This document shows positions 59,626 through 64,000 of a stretch of 64,000 nucleotides of DNA, piece by piece. The notes below the pieces were generated by a model. The model was not told the DNA's origin. It was given only the letters and a program-made list of their open reading frames with translations, and ran no database searches. Position 1 is the first letter of the stretch; each line of letters opens with the position of its first letter. Source of the stretch: Basidiobolus meristosporus CBS 931.73. Lineage: Eukaryota > Fungi > Basidiobolomycota. Both the position numbers and the translations under genes were made by a program. Location: positions 1 through 64,000 of the forward strand of contig MCFE01000067.1 of NCBI GenBank assembly GCA_002104905.1. The letters run 5' to 3'.

Positions 59626-59966
59626 AGTGTTGATAGATCGGTGTTGGTTTGAATGTGTTTGCACTGGTTGTATTGCACGCGTATATATACCAAACGGACC
59701 ATTGATGGCTTTCGCACTTGATGGTAAGTGACGCAACCTAGTAACCAAGGTAATGTGCCGGTAGGTGAACCCTAATGAAACAATTAATCTGTCTACCAAA
59801 TATGGCTAATGAGCACCAGGGTGACATCATGGATGGAGTAAGCGCGATTGATTCCACTGCGTCATTCTTCGGGATTGTTTCCCATAAATACTTACCATTG
59901 CTTCGAGACAGTCTCAACTATCATTACACTCTCACATCCTCAAATCAACTCCGATCCAACAACACT

Positions 59967-60257
59967 ATGGACAAGTTCAACGCTAACCTCAAAGCCGCCT
60001 CTGGTGCCGTCAAGGAGAATGTAGGCAGTGTCATTGGGAACGAGCAAATGCAAGCTGAAGGCAAGGCCAGAAGAGCCGAAGGGAATGCCGAGTACAAAAA
60101 GGCCCAGGCAGAAGGGTATGCTCAGGGTGCCAGTGAGAAGCTCAAGGGCAATGTCAAGAACACTGTTGGCTGTGCCATTGGCAACGAGCAAATGGAAGCC
60201 GAAGGAAAGGCTGGCCGTGTCAAGGGAGAAGCCCGGATGGAGGCCAATTCCAATTAG
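59967..60257 (+). CDS. CsbD/Hmp1-like protein, clade B (pair 3)
   Basis: 96 aa; intact. Confidence 0.9.
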   Translation: MDKFNANLKAASGAVKENVGSVIGNEQMQAEGKARRAEGNAEYKKAQAEGYAQGASEKLKGNVKNTVGCAIGNEQMEAEGKAGRVKGEARMEANSN

Positions 60258-60751
60258 AGATGTATTCCATGGGAAAATAATGTATATATTTGCTGGTAAA
60301 ATCAATAAATTTTGTCAGTTCCAACACTCCATTTTCTACACGCGTGTAATCAATTCGATCAAAGAATATGCTGATAGCCGTAGTCAATTTTGGTGGACTA
60401 TCAGAAGTGGTGATTTGGTCAAATTTAGTGTTGAGGGGCCTTGAATGCCAAACCGATTACTGTGATTTGCTTGCTGATTTAGCTGGATCATTATTGATGA
60501 ATAATCTTGGCAATCTCATCATCACCTTTCAAGAAGCGCACAAAGTCAAACTCTAGCTAATCATGTATTTATGTCGTACGTGCTATTATAAGACTAGTGC
60601 ATTATGCAGCAGAAAAGAAAATGACATTGAGTAAATGTAAAAGCTTTTATTCGAGCAGGTATAATGGTTGCTATACAGCCTAAAATACAATATGGATGGG
60701 GTTGAAGTGATTTCGCAATGGATATACACCATGTTTTATAAAAATATACAT

Positions 60752-61042
60752 CTAATTGGAATTGGCTTCCATCCGTGCATCTCCCTTGACACGGCCAGCC
60801 TTTCCTTCGGCTTCCATTTGCTCGTTGCCAATGGCACAGCCAACAGTGTTCTTGACATTGCCCTTGAGCTTCTCACTGGCACCCTGAGCATACCCTTCTG
60901 CCTGGGCCTTTTTGTACTCGGCATTCCCTTCGGCTCTTCTGGCCTTGCCTTCAGCTTGCATTTGCTCGTTGCCAATGGCACTGCCTACATTCTCCTTGAC
61001 GGCACCAGATGCGGCTTTGACGTTAGCGTTTAACTTGTCCAT
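60752..61042 (-). CDS. CsbD/Hmp1-like protein, clade B (pair 4)
   Basis: 96 aa; intact. Confidence 0.9.
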   Translation of the reverse strand: MDKLNANVKAASGAVKENVGSAIGNEQMQAEGKARRAEGNAEYKKAQAEGYAQGASEKLKGNVKNTVGCAIGNEQMEAEGKAGRVKGDARMEANSN

Positions 61043-61385
61043 AGTATTGATAGATCGGAGTTGATTTGAGGATGTGAGAGTGTAATGATAGTTGAGACTG
61101 TCTCGAAGCAATGGTGGGTATTTATGGGAAACAATCCAGAGGAATGATGCAGTAGAATCAATCGCGCTTACTCCATCCATGATGTCACCCTGATGTTAAT
61201 TAGCCATATTTGGTAGACAAATTAATTGTAACTCTAGGGTTTACGTGCTAGCATATAACCTTGGTTACTCGGTTGCGTCACTTACCGTTATATGGGGAAG
61301 CCATCAGCATTCAGTTTAGTATATATATACGCTTGCAATACAACCTCTGCAATCACATTCAAACCAACACCGATCTAACAACACT

Positions 61386-61676
61386 ATGGACAAGTTCAAC
61401 GCTAACGTCAAAGCCGCCTCTGGTGCCGTCAAGGAGAATGTAGGCAGTGTCATTGGCAACGAGCAAATGCAAGCTGAAGGCAAGGCCAGAAGAGCCGAAG
61501 GGAATGCCGAATACAAAAAAGCCCAGGCAGAAGGGTATGCTCAGGGTGCCAGTGAGAAGCTTAAGGGCAATGTCAAGAACACTGTTGGCTGTGCCATTGG
61601 CAACGAGCAAATGGAAGCTGAAGGAAAGGCTGGCCGTGTCAAGGGAGAAGCCCGGATGGAAGCCAATTCCAATTAG
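61386..61676 (+). CDS. CsbD/Hmp1-like protein, clade B (pair 4)
   Basis: 96 aa; intact. Confidence 0.9.
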   Translation: MDKFNANVKAASGAVKENVGSVIGNEQMQAEGKARRAEGNAEYKKAQAEGYAQGASEKLKGNVKNTVGCAIGNEQMEAEGKAGRVKGEARMEANSN

Positions 61677-62173
61677 ATGTATATTTTTATAAAACATGGT
61701 GTATATCAATTGCGAAATCACTTCAACCCCATCCATATTGTATTTTAGGCTGTATAGCAACCCTTATACCTGCTCGAATAAAAGCTTTTTACATTTACTC
61801 GATATCATTTTCTTTTCTGCTGCATAATGCACTAGTCTTACAATAGCACGTACGACATAAATACATGATTAGCTAGAGTTTGACTTTGTGCGCTTCTTGA
61901 AAGGTGATGATGAGATTGCCAAGATTATTCATCAATAACGATCCAGCTAATTCAGTAAGCAAATCACAGTAATCGGCTTGGCATTCAAGGTCCCTCAACA
62001 CTAAATTTGACCAAATCACCACCTCTGATAGTCCACCAAAATTGACTACGGCTATCAGCATATTCTTTGATCGAATTGATTACACGCGTTTAGAAAATGG
62101 AGTGTTGGAACTAGACAATCAATTTATTGATTCAACCAGCAAATATATACATTATTCTCCATGGAATACATTT

Positions 62174-62464
62174 CTAATTCGAATTGGCCTCCATCCGGGC
62201 TTCTCCCTTGACACGGCCAGCCTTTCCTTCAGCTTCCATTTGCTCGTTGCCAATGGCACAGCCAACAGTGTTCTTGACATTGCCCTTAAGCTTCTCGCTG
62301 GCACCCTGAGCATACCCTTCGGCCTGGGCTTTTTTGTATTCGACATTCCCTTCGGCTCTTCTGGCCTTGCCTTCAGCTTGCATTTGCTCGTTGCCAATGG
62401 CACTGCCTACATTCTCCTTGACGGCACCAGAGGCGGCTTTGACGTTAGCGTTGAACTTGTCCAT
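62174..62464 (-). CDS. CsbD/Hmp1-like protein, clade B (pair 5)
   Basis: 96 aa; one A to V change; intact. Confidence 0.9.
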   Translation of the reverse strand: MDKFNANVKAASGAVKENVGSAIGNEQMQAEGKARRAEGNVEYKKAQAEGYAQGASEKLKGNVKNTVGCAIGNEQMEAEGKAGRVKGEARMEANSN

Positions 62465-62805
62465 AGTGTTGTTGGATCGGAGTTGATTTGAGGATGTGAG
62501 AGTGTAATGATAGTTGAGACTGTCTCGAAGCAATGGTAAATATTTATGGGAAACAATCCCGAAGAATGACGCAGTGGAATCAATCGCGCTTACTCCATCC
62601 ATGATGTCACCCTGGTGCTCATTAGCCATATTTGGTAGACAGATAAATTGTTTCATTAGGGTTCACGTACCGGCACATTACCTTGGTTACTAGGTTGCGT
62701 CACTTACCATCAAGCGCGAAAGCCATCAATGGTCCGTTTGGTATATATACGCCTGCAATACAACCAGTGCAAACACATTCTAACCAACTCCGATCTAACA
62801 ACACT

Positions 62806-63096
62806 ATGGACAAGTTCAACGCTAACGTCAAAGCCGCCTCTGGTGCCGTCAAGGAGAATGTAGGCAGTGCCATTGGCAACGAGCAAATGCAAGCTGAAGG
62901 CAAGGCCAGAAGAGCCGAAGGGAATGCCGAGTACAAAAAGGCCCAGGCCGAAGGGTATGCTCAGGGTGCCAGTGAGAAGCTTAAGGGCAATGTCAAGAAC
63001 ACTGTTGGCTGTGCCATTGGCAACGAGCAAATGGAAGCCGAAGGAAAGGCTGGCCGTGTCAAGGGAGAGGCACGGATGGAAGCTAATTCCAATTAG
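62806..63096 (+). CDS. CsbD/Hmp1-like protein, clade B (pair 5)
   Basis: 96 aa; intact. Confidence 0.9.
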   Translation: MDKFNANVKAASGAVKENVGSAIGNEQMQAEGKARRAEGNAEYKKAQAEGYAQGASEKLKGNVKNTVGCAIGNEQMEAEGKAGRVKGEARMEANSN

Positions 63097-63632
63097 AAGT
63101 GTATATTTTTAAACGTAGTGTATATGGATTACTGACGTAATTAAATAAAACCCTTTATCATTCACAAATTAGATAATGACTTGGTCAGTGCCATTGTGAA
63201 TTACAGGGTTCGTAGTTGTGAATAAGGGCCAGGTTGATGGAAAATTTACAGTTTGTTCCTTGTACTACAGCTAGTTTGCTTGTATGTGTGTAGGGTTACA
63301 ATATTCCTTTCCCTGTCAGAATTTTAAAGCACACCTTTCTATTAAATCCTCGTTCTGGATGCATCTCTCGGATGTTAATTTGTGTGAGGCTACTCCCACC
63401 TTGAGAAAGCTATGTGGTAGTGCCGTAGTACTTTTTTCATTATTCATACAGGTGATAATGATGCACCTGATGTGCCGCACCATATTCTCTGGTAATTATC
63501 GGCTTTCGGTAAAATGCTTGCGAAAAGATGAGTTTGGATACAAGATATTATTAATGTAAAACCGAGTCCTCGGAATACTTAGAATGATAATATAAGGAAT
63601 ATTAGGGCACTTTATTTACATCAGGGGTGGAT

Positions 63633-63923
63633 TCAATTGGAGTTGGCGCTCATGCGGGCGTCCCCTTTGGCACGACCTGCCTTGCCCTCAGCCTCCATCT
63701 GCTCATTGCCTACTGCGCTACCGACAGTATCCTTGACGCTGCCCTTGAGCTTCTCACCGGCTCCCTGGGCGTATCCTTCAGCCTGGGCCTTCTTGTACTC
63801 GGCATTGCCCTCGGCTCTGGTGGCCTTGCCTTCAGCTTGCATCTGCTCGTTGCCGAAAGCACTTCCTACGTTTTCCTTGACAGCACCGGTGGCGGACTTG
63901 ATATTAGCGTTGACTTTATCCAT
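63633..63923 (-). CDS. CsbD/Hmp1-like protein, clade A class Q, inverted orientation
   Basis: 96 aa MDKVNANIKS; upstream GCACCACATAAATACTCT matches class Q promoters. Confidence 0.9.
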   Translation of the reverse strand: MDKVNANIKSATGAVKENVGSAFGNEQMQAEGKATRAEGNAEYKKAQAEGYAQGAGEKLKGSVKDTVGSAVGNEQMEAEGKAGRAKGDARMSANSN

Positions 63924-64000
63924 GTTTGTGGTGAGAGAGGAATGATACGACTTCTGGCTAGTCGGAAGTAGAGTATTTATGTGGTGCAGGATTGGATTGG

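Larger units (their letters stand above)
59335..63096. repeat. Imperfect palindrome: arms 59335-61042 and 61386-63096, 343-bp spacer
   Basis: Genes, the convergent spacer (60258-60751 versus 61677-62173) and the bidirectional promoter (59626-59966 versus 62465-62805) are all reverse complements. Confidence 0.9.

Noticed and set aside
11359-62656. N-terminal extensions in the ORF track (CDA1/2, YcaC, and CsbD ORFs of 107-167 aa)
   Set aside because: They begin at TTG/GTG or at upstream ATGs, often 5' of or across the TATA box. Paralogue comparison fixes the starts at MKS, MKF and MDK.
47471-63923. CRISPR-like or operon interpretation of the repeat-spacer pattern
   Set aside because: The repeats are 291-bp protein-coding genes with individual TATA boxes in a spliceosomal-intron genome, and there are no cas genes.
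8482-63971. Many antisense or alternate-frame ORFs over the CDA, YcaC, PKC1, ABC and CsbD genes (e.g. 8482-8844, 11293-11790, 42148-42624, 48760-49071)
   Set aside because: They are shadows of strongly supported genes. They recur only because the sense genes are duplicated.

Overview
Eukaryotic, fungal DNA: short 51-69 nt GT-AG introns with CTAAC-type branch points, TATA boxes, fungal Pkc1, Pol III tRNAs ending in T-runs. An early-diverging, Basidiobolus-like fungus is my inference only. The window has three blocks. (1) 1-36.3 kb is a secreted-protein, chitin-directed region: a partial AA11-type LPMO (missed by the ORF track), a broken GH16, a proteinase K-like S8 protease, an orphan secreted protein, six CBM18-CE4 chitin deacetylase paralogues (two frameshifted) and two near-identical signal-peptide-bearing YcaC-like cysteine hydrolases. 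It also holds tRNAs, a triplicated tRNA-Arg/CDA unit and a 3.8 kb block almost free of CpG. (2) 37-45.5 kb is housekeeping: RPP1, PKC1 and a full-length ABCB/MDR transporter. (3) 47.4-64 kb is an array of 20 CsbD/Hmp1-like ~96-aa genes: nine head-to-tail, ten in five head-to-head pairs including a ~3.8 kb imperfect palindrome, and one inverted copy at the edge. The head-to-tail copies carry two interleaved promoter classes. All calls and alignments were made by eye, with no database searches. Several frameshifts in the repeats may be assembly errors.
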